A DNA stretch of 64,000 nt, from contig NC_068981.1 in the NCBI RefSeq assembly GCF_001194135.2, positions 188,447,326 to 188,511,325 on the forward strand, read 5' to 3'. The position numbers and the translations under genes were made by a program. The stretch's first letter is position 1, and every line of letters begins with the position of its first letter. The stretch comes from Octopus bimaculoides. Lineage: Eukaryota. Below are positions 1 to 12,709 of this stretch, in pieces. The notes under the pieces were generated by a model. That model saw nothing but the letters and a program-made list of their open reading frames with translations. It was not told the origin of the DNA and searched no databases.

Positions 1-174
1 GTGTGTCTGCGTGTGTGTGTGTGTGTCTGCGTTTGTTTTTGTCCACCCTCCACCCCCCGCTTGACAATCGTTATTGGATTGTTTCCGTCCCAGTAACTTA
101 GAAGTCCGGCAAAAGTGATCGGTCGTGTAAGTACCCAGGCTTTGAATAATGTACTGGGGTCGATTCACTCGACT

Positions 175-178
<4 letters not shown>
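1..178 (+). mobile_element. SINE family A, 3' half (truncated by window edge)
   Basis: (GT)n followed by gcttgacaatcg...gtaacttag...ggcaaaag...ggggtcgattcactcgactaa, matching the fuller copies at 35266-35664 and 45990-46358. Confidence 0.75.

Positions 179-217
<39 letters not shown>
177..217. repeat. (CA)n microsatellite
   Basis: Direct reading. Confidence 0.95.
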
Positions 218-223
<6 letters not shown>

Positions 224-759
224 ATATACACGTACAGAATTCATTTCATCAGTATAATGTTATCAAGTCAGTGATTGGTTGTCTTCGTTGCGTTTTCTCT
301 GCGTATTATATTATGTACAAATAAAGCAAATTTTGAGTTGAAGTTTCCGTTTAAAAGCTGGAAGCATAAATTGGTTTGTTATTTCTTCTATCTTTGGTCA
401 ATAATATAGATAGATAGATAGATAAAAATATAAATCTGCTGTCCCTCTCACCTCTACATACATAAGATCCATTATTTAATAGCTGGCCATTAAGAGTTAT
501 GAGCATATAAACTTGATATACTTGTCACTGACGTCTAATCAATACCCTCAAATAAGATTTAGCAAATTGGATGCACGTGTGGTTATTATAGCTTCAAATA
601 TGTTTACCCATATTATTTCCTTCTGAAATATTTTATTTTGTAATTAAAAACTGATTTTCTATTAAACGGATCTTTACGTTTATGATTGGGAATCATTGTC
701 TGATAGCAGTGAGTTCATTGTATTTTCTTTATTCATAAAGAACGGCATCTAATAATGAT

Positions 760-1330
760 ACGAGGAGCAGAATAATTTTTAATCATCAAAATAAAATTCA
801 TTTCGAGTCTCTTTTCCAAGATGATTAACAATGCGCTTTGCACATCAAGTTTGGTTCAGTGATACACATAATGTCAATGATGCGTGTAAATCTTGAATTG
901 AAATCCAGTTTTACAAGAATAGTACAAATAAGAAGTAACCGAGAAGTAAATATGACTTCTTTGCGTAACTGTACTAAGCAATTTGTATTTTACTCTGCAA
1001 TGGTTACTGTTAAGCAGAGTCTATCAGTCACGGAAGGAATCGAAGCAATTCAAACACTTAGTAACTTGCAAACTGTTTTAAAATAAGTAAACTCACGAAT
1101 ATTCTAAATGATCATAGATTTCGTTTTAGGCTTCTAAAAAATGTCTTGATGTCTGAAGCGAGTTGCTTCAAGTATTTGGCTGTATTTTCTCATTTTCAAT
1201 TTAGAGAAGAATAAATTAAATTTCGTTATATGACCACCATCAGGAGGGAGGTATTATCCAGCTGGAATTGAATACTGGAAAGTTGTTCAAACACACTGAT
1301 ATTAAAATATTTTTTTCCAACTAAGCTGTA
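760..1330 (-). pseudogene. Highly degraded hAT (Buster/Charlie-like) transposase C-terminus
   Basis: Minus-strand translation gives TSYLYYSCKTGFQ...TKLDVQSAL, resembling the hAT dimerisation motif (TTYLCExGFS...RNRLDV); many stops. Confidence 0.3.
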
Positions 1331-1496
1331 TTTCTGTTCATTTTGCTTGAAACATTTCGAGCAATCTTTATAGACTATTTATTAAATATTTTCCATACAC
1401 CCCAACTCCTCTCCCTAAGGACAACTGTCCGAAACGTTGGACTTACTTGACAGTGGAGAAGTAAAATAAACTATATATAACGATTCAACAAAGAAG

Positions 1497-1705
1497 CATC
1501 TAGCTCGATCAGCTAGAAATAGAGGTTGCATCTGCTTTAACTTACAACCTACCAGCTTAGAAAAGGAAGGATATATGAATGATGTAGTCCTACATATATT
1601 ATGCTTGTAAATAAAATTGTCTGCTTATATGGTCACGGTTGGAAAGTGTTCCATCGAATGTTTTCTCAGTCCGGGCTGCCCTGAGGTAAGCAACAACAAA
1701 TGATT
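1497..1705 (+). mobile_element. SINE-like family E, diverged
   Basis: ctagaaatag...ggtcacggttggaa...cagtccgggctgccctgagg-(aac)n, similar to 40280-40470 and to the interrupted minus copy at 45375-46452. Confidence 0.5.
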
Positions 1706-2599
1706 CGTTACAGACTTGTCTGCTGCACACCCTAAATATATTTCTTTAATTAACCATTTTTTTCTTCTTGTTTATTTTTAAACATTTAAGTGTTAACTAT
1801 ATCATGTATCTTTCCTGTCGACATCGACTCCTACATTTCTTACGTTATTATAGCATGTTAGTTTCCTCTTGTTAATTACATGTATTAAAGATTTTGATAA
1901 CAAGAATTCCGAAGACTACCAGATGGGTGTTAACTGCCTGCTGTAGACTTTCTCATATTGACGGGTTAATTTGCTTACCATCGTAGTTTACAAAAGATAA
2001 AACTTATATTTATAATAGTGAAGTACTCAGATTAAAAATATATTGACCTTTCACATAAGATAGGATTCTGCGTTCAAATCTGTATATAAGTAGAATATTA
2101 ACTTACAAATAAGAGTAGGCTACATTTGAAGATGTCATCGTTGAATTTATTGATTTAATTTCACGATACTTATTCAATGTTATTCATTGAAATTAAATGT
2201 GAAATGTTTATGACAATTATAGATGTTTCTGAGATAATGGCTGAGCTTGGATCATTGGATTACCGATTTAAATACAACAGCAAATTTGCTGCGAATGAAT
2301 TTAAAAGTGAATCTACTTTTGCCAATAACTGTATTGAAATGGCATGACAATCAATCATTTGTATACTGAAATATCTCACGCATCTGAAAGTTAAATGCTC
2401 AGGCTTCTGAATGAATGGGTGAATTTAATGACACTTCTAAAGCATTCTGAAGTGAAATGCGTTTATAAGATGTAAAAAAAAAATTATGAAACCTTCAAAT
2501 ATCGAAATAAATTAATTCTTGTGACAATCTAAAATACCACGCATATGTTTTATATAAGTTGTGTTGATTATGATTAGTGGTTAAGGCATAGAAGCACAT

Positions 2600-2805
2600 T
2601 AGTTGTATTGTTAACATCTGACAAAATGCTTAGCGGCATTTCTTTCTTCTCTTTACGTTATGAGTTCAAACACCTGTAGGTTAACTATATCTTTCATCCT
2701 TCCAGGGTCGATATGATAAAATACCAGCCAAGTACCGAGGTCAATGTAATAGATTTGCCTCAACCCCTCAAAGTTACTGGCCTTGTTGCCAAAATTAGAA
2801 AGAAT
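2600..2805 (+). mobile_element. SINE family D, diverged
   Basis: gacaaaatgcttagcggcatttc...gagttcaaa...ctttcatcctt..agggtcgat...ggccttgt, same as 21893-22103. Confidence 0.7.
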
Positions 2806-3032
2806 TATTAAAAATCTCAATCTATACAGAAATTGAGGTTGAACAAAGGGACATCCAGGAAAATACCTTATATCACTGCGGCTTACGGTCTGAATAATCA
2901 CCATTTATTGTCAAAAATATATAAAATTTACCAAATAACTTGGATCTTAAATAATTTATCGGTGTTGTAATAGAAAACAGACGTTTCTTTTCTTTGGGGC
3001 TGAATATCAAGAGCTGCACACGAACATTTTGA

Positions 3033-3068
3033 AACTGTCTACCTCAGGGTGTTGTACTTGCTCCATCT
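3033..3068 (+). pseudogene. Tiny reverse-transcriptase relic (NCLPQGVVLAPS)
   Basis: Resembles the non-LTR RT motif GxPQGSVLAP; no surrounding ORF. Confidence 0.3.
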
Positions 3069-3209
3069 ATGCAAATGATCACTCGAAATATAATACTAAA
3101 CGTGTTATCTATGCATAATTTCCCAAGGTGAAATTTGGATATCAAACCATCGCTTGATGAATACTTTAAACAACCTAAGCTATCGTTGCTACAAAAGCAA
3201 ACATTTAAT

Positions 3210-3757
3210 GGATCTTTTTTAAAACGGGGGCCACATTTTTCATTAACGAAACACTTTGAAACTTGGAACACTGGTAGAATGTGTCATATAAAACATCTTT
3301 TTCTCTTAGTCTTCTTAAAAAAAAAAAGAAATCCATAAATTATTCCATGTTAAAGTTGTCGTATTTCTGTAATTTCAACCAATCACTGACGTCCATTCAG
3401 CCGATATACATTAAGTGCCGACTACATAAACAAACGATTCTGAAACAATTAACCCTAACCCTAACCCTAGGGTTAGGGTTAAAGCAAATTTAAAATGAAA
3501 AAAGCAAATAAAACGAAGGTATGGAGATTAAATACGCTTTACATCGCTTAATCAGCCAAGGAGTAAATGTAAACAACTGTTTGGTTGAAATTATCGAAAT
3601 AAGACAATTTTTTACATGAAATAAATTCGAATACAAAAATATTTTTCTGTTCTATAACGCAAAATAGATAAGTATACGAAGTTTGAAAGTCTTTCGGTAC
3701 CAAAAACACTAAGTAAAACATTAATGAAAAATGTGGCCCCCGTTTTAAAAAAGATCC
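3210..3757. mobile_element. Non-autonomous foldback DNA transposon (MITE), 37-bp perfect TIRs
   Basis: ggatcttttttaaaacgggggccacatttttcattaa at 3210-3246 and its exact reverse complement at 3721-3757; further internal inverted similarity at about 3337-3395 / 3560-3620; TTAA-rich flanks. Confidence 0.85.
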
Positions 3758-4087
3758 CATTTAATTCTTAATCTTGTGAAAACACACCTCTTATTTAATT
3801 CTCTTTGTTTTTTTCTTTTTCTTTTTTTGTTTCATGTAGTAAACAATGAAATCTTTAGATAGTTAAATATCTTGTGGTCAGGAACAAATTTCTAACAAGT
3901 ACTTTGGAATACTTCCAGAATTCAAAACATCTCTTCGTTGCTAGAACATAATCTAAATCTCATAAAATAATCTAAGGACCAACGTGAGCACAAAATAATA
4001 TCCTGCTATTTCTAACAACTTTTCAATAAGGTTTCAAACCCTTAAACGCTCTGAATAACAATATTGGCTATATGCAACAGAGTTGTA

Positions 4088-4146
4088 GTATAGCTACATA
4101 TTCCTTTATAGTATAGCTACATATTCCTTTATAGTATAGCTACATA
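4088..4146. repeat. 23-bp tandem repeat x about 2.5
   Basis: gtatagctacatattcctttata at 4088 and 4111, partial copy at 4134. Confidence 0.9.
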
Positions 4147-5467
4147 TATCCTTTAGATCTCTGGATGCCGTTCTCAACGAGACCTCCATAACTGATTGTC
4201 TCAAGCTTACTGACTTACACAGTTTTATGTGTTGAGTCAGTTGAGATAAGACTGTCAATATCTACCTTTCCATCTCTGTTCACTACAAATCTCCTTGCTC
4301 ATACTCCTACTTCCCCTATTTCTCTTCTCAATCGAGACACCAAATCCACTTTACCGTTCTCCTAGTTACTCTGCCTTAATTGACTCTACTGCATCAATTC
4401 GGATTTTGAATCGTCACGAGTATTTTTCCATATTCTCTTCATTTACTTATTAGCTAGCTGTTTAATTTCTTTATCTACAGTTTTCTCGTCCAAGCCATTA
4501 AAGAAAATGTATTGTCCTATTTAGGTTAAAATATGTACAATTTATATGTATGTAATATATCCCATAGGTAAACGAATATTTTCATAACAATTACTGTCCA
4601 TTCCTAATTCACATTATTGTTGCTAACAACTAATTTCATTAGCTTCTCCCTTGGTTCCATATATTTAAAATAAATAACTAAAATTGATCACAGTGCATTT
4701 TCAGAAACGACTACACGCAATAAAATTTATTTTTAAGTATCTTATTTTAGTCAGGAAACTTTTCTAATTATTTCATTAAAGCTGTGATACGGTTAAACCC
4801 AAATGAAAATCTACTTGTAAAGGAATTCAGCATAAAATTAAATGACTCCTAATACAGTAAAATATCTACATAAAGTATTGAAATGCTTTATTCGAAATAC
4901 AAACAGTACTGTCTCTTCCACGGGCGTAGTTTATTTCAAATCTGAAATGAACGTAATTAGCAAAATAGTCGTGCTGTGTTAGCATTGCACTAGAAAAGTT
5001 AATTAGGATACGCACATAATTTTCATATTTTAGAATATATTTAATAAGTTTGATTTCTGATAGTCATAGTAACTTCAAGGCACTTCACAGCATGACTCCG
5101 TATTTAAAATGGAAAACATCTTTTCCTAAATAGTCCGTTCAACGCGTTCAAAACCTCCGCTCGTTACGTAGGCTTGGAACTTGGTTAAGGAAAGAAAGAG
5201 AGAGAGTGGTGGGGTGAGTTTTAACAATTTGGATAGTTCCCTTCAGCTAAAAATTGGTACAAGTTAAATTGAAAACTACGTTGTCATAGCAATTACATTA
5301 AACCATTACTTTCCATTTTGAAAACGTAAATCTGTCACAAGTTTCTGGGTTTTGTTTTGTTTTTTTTTTTCAAGTTGTTTATATTATTTTCTTTATCTTA
5401 AACTAAAACGATAGATCGTAAAAGTCAAGTAGATCAGCTAGTTCACAGTGAAGCACATACATAGAAC

Positions 5468-5640
<173 letters not shown>

Positions 5641-6398
5641 GCATACGCTCGCGCACACATACATACGTTTGCGTTTAAGCTAAACTACCATTTCCAGTCA
5701 ACGTGACAGAACAAGATATCGACCATCGCCAAGACTATTCTTGGTGTACTTCCGTTCAGTTTATTCAGTTCATACATTTACTTCTCCTTTTCGATTGTAC
5801 AACGAAGTATTATCCTTTAATTTTGCAACAAGTTCGCTTTGGCCTGTCTCACTTAGTAAACCGAGATTCAGATATTTCCTGTTCAGTATTACTTAAAGAC
5901 ATCAATGAAATTGCAATTAGTTAATGAATATGTAAAATAAAACCATACTTTAACCGTTTACAAAAACATTAGGGATGTACATTAAATTTTATTATATGAA
6001 ACCTTCGTATGTTTCATTCTATCAAATCTCAGATTTCCAGTTGTCTGAAGCCTTTCCAGCATGAAATTTTCTGAGTTTATCTTCTAATTTGAAGCATCCA
6101 AAAAGTCACCGTATTCATTTCTAGTCTATTCAAAGTCTGTTTTCCGAACAAAGACAGTATTGGTGAGAAATTTTGAGATTGAGTTATATAATCAAACAAA
6201 AAAAATATATAGAGAGAAAAATGACAAGAGAAAGAACAAGAACGCGAGTACGTGGCACATGCAAAGTATTAATAAGATGCTCAGGGAAGAAACAGTTGTT
6301 TTACGATTCGAACAATGCTCTTCTTCGGAAACAAGAGACATTGGAAAATCCAAACGAAAAGGAGGAAGGAGGAAAACACATCGCCAACAGTCGACGTG

Positions 6399-6472
<74 letters not shown>

Positions 6473-6639
6473 ATATATACTGCTACACCGTCGGTTACGA
6501 CAAGAGTTCCACGTGATCAAATCAACAGAACAGCCTCCTCGTGAAAATAGCATGCAAGTGGCTGAGTACTCTTCAGACACGCATACCCTTAACGTCGTTC
6601 TCAGGGATATTCAGCATGACAGAGTATGAGATAACGCTG

Positions 6640-6792
6640 TCCCTTTCAATTACTCGTACAACCCATTTTCGCCATCTGAGTGGACGGGAGCAATATGAAA
6701 CGAACTCTCTTTCTCAAGGACACAACGCACCGGCGTGCATCGAACTCACGATCGCGAACAGAGTACGCTAAACAATAAGCCACGTGCCTTCA
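6640..6792 (-). mobile_element. SINE family C head, diverged
   Basis: gagcaatatgaaac...caaggacacaacgcac...gaactcacgatc...gccacgtgccttcac, parallels 23345-23463. Confidence 0.6.
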
Positions 6793-6814
6793 CTTGAGTA
6801 TGTATTTATACATA

Positions 6815-6848
<34 letters not shown>

Positions 6849-8129
6849 NNNNNNNNNNNNNNNNNNNNNNNNNNNNNNNNNNNNNNNNNNNNNNNNNNNN
6901 NNNNNNNNNNNNNNNNNNNNNNNNNNNNNNNNNNNNNNNNNNNNNNNNATGTTACAGCCTACTTATAAAGGTAGAAATTCCAGGGTTTAGTGAAATGTGT
7001 TGGGAGGTAAACAAACTTGAGGTTACTTCAAGTGTTTGGGAAATATTTTAACTTCTATAGATAAAATCCTTACATTTTGCTGTGGAGAAGAATTCTCGCT
7101 TGTTGTAAAATGTGTGAAAACACCGCATCGGCTCAATGTCTTCCCATCCACTTTCGAACTCTCAGACGCGTTTCAAGGATTCACAGGGATTTCTAAACAT
7201 TTGTTAACTGTTTTGTTATTTTAGTGTGTGTGTGTGTGTGTGTATAGTTAAACATAGATGAATGTATATATATCCATAATTCAATCTAGTATTAAACGTT
7301 TTTTGCCCTCCGATTTTCTTTTGGTACCCTATATATCTGAATAACTTATATAGAATATATATTCGAGACCAGAACAAGTGTATTTATATATTCATTCATG
7401 GATATTTGCATACATGCATCATGATATGTTTATTTATATAAATATATTTGATATTTTTAATGAGATATCAAACATCAATTGCCGATACATTTCATTAAAC
7501 CTATAAAGCGTTTTCTGAATCATTGCTCTCCTGCCTCTTGGGTTCATAATTTCCTGATGAAATATAGATTAGTGTTGCAGCTCTCAAGAAATGACAACTT
7601 TGATTTGTCTGCTATCTCGCCAAACGTATACATTAACTGCACAAAATAACTATAGGCTTGGATTCTGGATTCGTAATTTAATTTAATATATCAGCAAAAG
7701 TATTATGGAAATCGATCGTACGATATTTAAAAGTACTATAAACAACAGTATATAAGTTTCCTTCTCTAGAAAATATTTCTGAAAACCGTATTAAATCAGC
7801 TGACTTCGCATAAGATATTGACATTTATTACTGAGTAGTATATAAATTTTAGACATAATCGAATATACAATCAACTTTAATGTTAACAATTTCCCCATTT
7901 TTTGTAAATGAACGTCTTAGTATAGTAATAATTCCCAACCTTTTAATGCTGCCTTGTCCAAAAGGATTTAAGATTTAAAATGTCACTTAATTTCGACAGT
8001 TTTCTTATAAATTCTGAAGGAGAGTAGACAAAATTCCTAGCGCTATGTAGTTAGGTGCCTTTAATTTCTGGATAGAAATTCTACTGGAATCAACTTTCCC
8101 TTTCGTACTAACAATAAAATAAAAACCAA

Positions 8130-8196
8130 TTATATACTGTTGATTAACTGGACTATACACTCTTCTCTGACACTTGTAGCCATGTTCCACTGCTAC
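8130..8196 (-). other. Candidate minus-strand exon with Kozak ATG (MATSVREECIVQLIN...)
   Basis: Acceptor gtatctcttatag|G at 8196; AACATGG with ATG at 8183; weak donor A|GTATAT at 8137, otherwise stop at 8130. No recognisable homology. Confidence 0.2.
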
Positions 8197-8334
8197 CTAT
8201 AAGAGATACTACACATATCAATAGTTTCAAAGTCAGATTCTATCTTAAGCACTTGATGAGAACTTAGTTCTTTCATAAAGTAAACCTACATCTTAAATGA
8301 GGAAAACTTATTCAGTATTGGGAGAGATACCGTT

Positions 8335-8606
8335 CATCTTGGTTCCCTCGTCATCTCCTCTGAGAAACTGAGTATCTTGAGCTTAGTCTTTACCACCTCA
8401 TTCCACGTCTTCCTGGGTCTCCCTTTTCCACAATTCCGTTCCACGTTTAGCGACCGGCATTTCTTTATACCGTTGTCCTCATCCATTCACATCATACAAC
8501 TTTTTCTCCTGTATTCTACATCTGATACCTTTACTGCCCAATTTTTCTCTCGGCACATTTGTACATTGTCGTACATGTACAATGACGTTGCACGTCCATC
8601 AGAGCA
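8335..8606 (-). mobile_element. RTE-clade LINE, ORF2 C-terminal fragment (frameshifted)
   Basis: Translation ML*WTCNV...REKLG..GIRCRIQE / MDEDNGIKKCRSLNVE...GRPRKTWNEVV, homologous to the ORF at 57403. Confidence 0.8.
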
Positions 8607-8646
8607 TATTTGTCTTATTTCTTGTGGCATTGCTGTTCATCTACAG

Positions 8647-8681
8647 GCATCGTACAATCGACCTTTCACTCTGAGAGAGAG
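8647..8681 (+). other. Candidate 35-nt plus-strand exon
   Basis: ttgctgttcatctacag| acceptor and GAG|gtaagt donor; two frames open. Confidence 0.25.
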
Positions 8682-8956
8682 GTAAGTTCTTACTCTGGCA
8701 ACTATATTGAGAGCATCCTCCTCCCTTTACTAATTAGGTCGCCTAGGTAACGGAGACTATCAACTACTTCTAGGGAATTCTCTGAGCATTCCAGAACATC
8801 TATTACCCATGTTTTCTTAGTATTTATTACTTCTTCATATCTGCCAAATAACCTTCGTGTGATTACACAGCACTTTTTGTGTCCATAGTTTATACAGGGT
8901 ACGCCGTATGGAATTTCTTCCTACACCTTTTCTACATGTAGAATAGGGCTATTTAC

Positions 8957-9256
8957 CTGAAAAGATCAGTGTTCTGATTGAAAATTGACACAGTTGTTTG
9001 AGCATCTGATAAAAGTTTTTGCAAGTTCTGTTCAGCTGTCTGTTCTCGAAGTTCAAATCAAGCGATCAGCTTTGCTTTTCATCCTTTCACCAGTCTTGGA
9101 CAGCAGATTAGTAGAATTGCTAGAGCATCAGATGGGATGCCTTGTTGTAATATGGTTCAGTCTCGTGCGATCTGAGTTAAAATCTTTCCTCCTGTCACTG
9201 AAAAAGAAATGTAACACTTCCTGTCGGGATTTACATCAGACAGATAGTATCAGCAA
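8957..9256 (-). other. Candidate non-coding (5'UTR/lncRNA) exon with two alternative acceptors
   Basis: Minus-strand acceptors cttcttccattcatttttcag| (9256) and acatttctttttcag| (9197); donor CAG|GTAAAT (8957); all three frames contain stops. Confidence 0.4.
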
Positions 9257-9637
9257 CTGAAAAATGAATGGAAGAAGTGAATAGTTTCCTTAGCTCCACT
9301 GGAAAATCAGCTGCAATAGGAGGTTACATATATTAATAATGGGTAGAATATTCAAATTTGAATATTCATAAAGATATTATTAATGCTTATATTATCTACG
9401 GTAAATATAAGTAATCGATAACACCAGCAACAATAACAGAAGTGGTTAACAGGTATTAAATAGCATTAACTGGCCTGAACTTCGACATCACTAAGTCACT
9501 CTCAGTAATAATCTTGTTGAATAATAATCTCGGACTCTACAATAGTATTGGGTAACCACTTAGATTAATGTAAAATTGTTTTTAATATAACTAAGCATAA
9601 CATGAAAGTGTATATGTATATACACACACACAAGTAC

Positions 9638-9718
<81 letters not shown>

Positions 9719-10545
9719 TATATACACACACATTGCTATCATCTACAGCCAATCTTTTTACTAAACGATTAGTAAATAAACTATTATGCTATCAATCTAT
9801 TCCTTACCCTTTTCCTTCTCCATGAGGTGGTGATAGCTATTCCGTCTCACGACTGTAATGGCTTATTTATTAATCCATTTGCAAATGTAAAAACAATTGG
9901 CCGTCGATAATAGAGAAGTACCTACTTTTGTATGTTGTAGAAGTAAAGAAAAATATAGTCTGTTGCTATGTGATATGTACTGGAGTAATCTGTCCATATT
10001 ATGGCCCGTTGTCTTGTCTATTCGGTAGATATTGGTGCATAAATCATACACTGAGTACAATAATGAGTAGTTGTGAAGCAAAATAGATTCTTCAATCCTG
10101 TTATATTTTTATTTATACTTCGCTGCATTTAATTTTCCAAATTATATGAAAGAAGAATGACCGAGATTATAATGCATCTTGGAGAATCAGACGGTGAAAG
10201 TATTAGTTACAGCTTCCGTGTGTTTTATCTTATCCTCCAAGTAAATTGATGCGGCTGTTTGTATTTAAGACAGAAAAAGCCAGGCACTCGTAGTTTAATT
10301 TAATATTTGGCTGTTGCTCTGAATGTGATATGTTTTGTTTCTTTTTGTTTTTCTGAAGAATTCTTCGACCAATCAGTTTTGTAATCTTTATTCTTTAATC
10401 TGCGTTTCTTCCCATTTGTAAAACATTCTGAAGTTTTACGAAAGTCTTACATTTTGTTTTGTATACAAAAGTATTCAGAAACGGAATACAAAAATATATC
10501 TTTGAAATAGTCCATTAAAACGTCTTTCAACATGTTCAAACTTAC

Positions 10546-10650
10546 GTCAGTTACAACATTAAGCTAGCGAGTTGGCGAGCGGAGACGATTAACAGTTGTT
10601 TATTTTGGACGGTTTTCATTCAGTTTTCTTCTTCGTCCCTTTCACTACTT
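10546..10650 (-). promoter_or_regulatory. Candidate first exon / CpG-rich promoter region
   Basis: CpG-rich stretch ending in a minus-strand GAC|GTAAGT donor at 10546/10545; left boundary from splice motif, right boundary approximate. Confidence 0.3.
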
Positions 10651-11239
10651 CTTACGTAGTAGGAATATTGTATTGTTTTATGCTGTATTGTTTTGTGTTA
10701 TATATGTTGTATTGTTTTATGCTATAACATCAGCAGTTATTTGCTTTTTCTTTGCTTTTCTTTAGTCAGTTTTCTTCTGTTGAATCTTAAATTGTTACTT
10801 ACAGTACACTCTGCACCGTGTTTGAAGCTAATGAGAGTATTGACGCCGCAGTTATATTTGCGTGTGTGGATTGAATGGGAGGGATAGTTTACTTAGAATG
10901 CTGCTTGTATTAAGTGATCTGGACTATTGTATAGTTATTGTTTAAAGGGGAAACTGTAAATGAAGTAGTAGAGACTGTGTGGTTGTGGGGGCTGTAGCTT
11001 ACAACATCAACAAACTAGGCTTCTCACATATCCAGGTGGTCTGTCATGTTTAGAATTTTTGTTTCGTTGTGGGTGTGTCTGTGTGTAGCTTGTGATGCGA
11101 AGTGTATTGTTCTGTGTTTTTGGTAGTTTATGGTTTATTGCGAACAGATTTGCGGACCAAAGCAGGGCTGGCAATAATCCGTGATTGCTCTATTGCTGTT
11201 CTTCTCATAGAGGGAACCAACGCACATATCTCCGGAAAG

Positions 11240-12050
11240 ATGGGGCAGCGGAAATTGAAGACGATGGACAAGTGGCTATGTTTAATAAAAGTAAAATGAG
11301 TTTAAACTTTTTAAACTCGTCCAATATTATGATGAAGGAAGAAGAATTGTTTCTAGCTTTTATTTCCCAGTTTTATTTAAACAGAGGAAGGGGCGAAAAA
11401 ATTCGCTGCTTTTATAAAATTTTGTTTTTGTTTTTTGCGGTGATAGCGGGTCTGGTATTTGACCTCTGCCCCGATATTATTATTTAGGTACGATTGTTGT
11501 TGTTCCATCCTTTTCACCAAATTTGGGGCTTATTGTTTAAGTATGGTTGTGTGACGCTTTTCCCTCCTTACCATGTTTTCTATCCATTATGTGGATACTA
11601 TAGCAATGTATTTAATTTCAAGTGTTTTGGTTTTTACATATGTAATGTGTTTATGTTGAATGGGTAATGATTTTTTTTCTATCGTATTATTGCTCACTAG
11701 AAAGGAAATACTAGATTTGATAGCTACTAATCCCCACTAGTCTGTTGTGTTAAAGCCTTCTGTTTAAGTAGTTGATGTAGAATCGGAGAACTTGTGCAGC
11801 AAAATTTGGTTATTTTTAAGAAGAGGCACCATTTACTTATATGGTTCTGTATATTTTTAGGTGTGGAAAGATAATGTAGGTATAGGTTTAAAAGTGTTGG
11901 CGTGCGGTTTGATACTTGTGACACACTGTTCAGAGAATATCTGAGATACGTCGTTCCTGTACATTATTTCATTTCTTAAGCGACTTTTGTTGAGATTTCT
12001 AATTTTCAGACTTAGAATGGGATACCGCGATAAACAGATTAAATGACTGA
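11240..12050 (+). CDS. Hypothetical three-exon 36-aa small ORF or uORF (exons 11240-11290, 11861-11879, 12010-12050)
   Basis: Acceptors ttctcatag (11210), tatttttag (11860), ctaattttcag (12009); donors gtaaaa, gtatag; phases join to MGQRKLKTMDKWLCLIKVWKDNVDLEWDTAINRLND*. First donor weak; no homology recognised. Confidence 0.2.
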
Positions 12051-12709
12051 TGCCAACTTTCATAAGAAATGTTTAATTCAGAGGCACCTTCTATCCTGCA
12101 GCAAAAACAATTCCAAAGCCTATTATCCAAGTTCGGCGTAATAAGTGGTGGTGTGTAAATCCTATCCACGTATTTTCTACATAATCTAATCCGGTTGGGT
12201 TTCTTCGGAGAGTCCATTATTGTCGCATAAATATTTGGAAGAATAAATTACATTTAAGACAGATACGAATGCAATCGTCTGCAACTTTTAACACATATTT
12301 TGAGCTGCTTTCGTACAGTTGTTCCATACCAGTTATTTGAAGGGATCAAAATATACAGGAGGAGAAATGGAAAAGAACGTTTTTCTTGTTAGTTGACATT
12401 AAAAAAAAAACAAATTATTTTTGTGAAAGCATCAATTGCCGCTGGTTTAAAACCTATCGTTAAAATGTTTGGCGATATGAATGGCTAGGATATCAATTCC
12501 TAAAAAAAAAATGAACCCTGTTGTATCACTGCAGTTCTTCTGGCCATTAGAGTATAGGTAAGGTTGATTGAGCAAAGATAGAACTGTATTGGAATACTGC
12601 TGTATTTACACTGGATAAAAACTGGTGACTTCTTTGAGTCGAAAATAAAATAACTCTGGCTCATATAATCACTGCCGTACAAAAAAAGTAAAAGGGAAGT
12701 GAATTTGAA

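Noticed and set aside
1668-1690. 16-nt exon with ttttctcag acceptor and GAG|gtaagc donor
   Set aside because: Lies in the tail of a SINE E copy; splice-like motifs are expected there.
2209-2346. Short ORF MTIIDVSEIMAELGSLDYRFKYNSKFAANEF...
   Set aside because: Protein-like composition but short and unassignable; no linked exons.
3449-3482. Ancestral telomere-fusion site
   Set aside because: Only about five repeat units, located inside a TIR-bounded element; better explained as part of the MITE.
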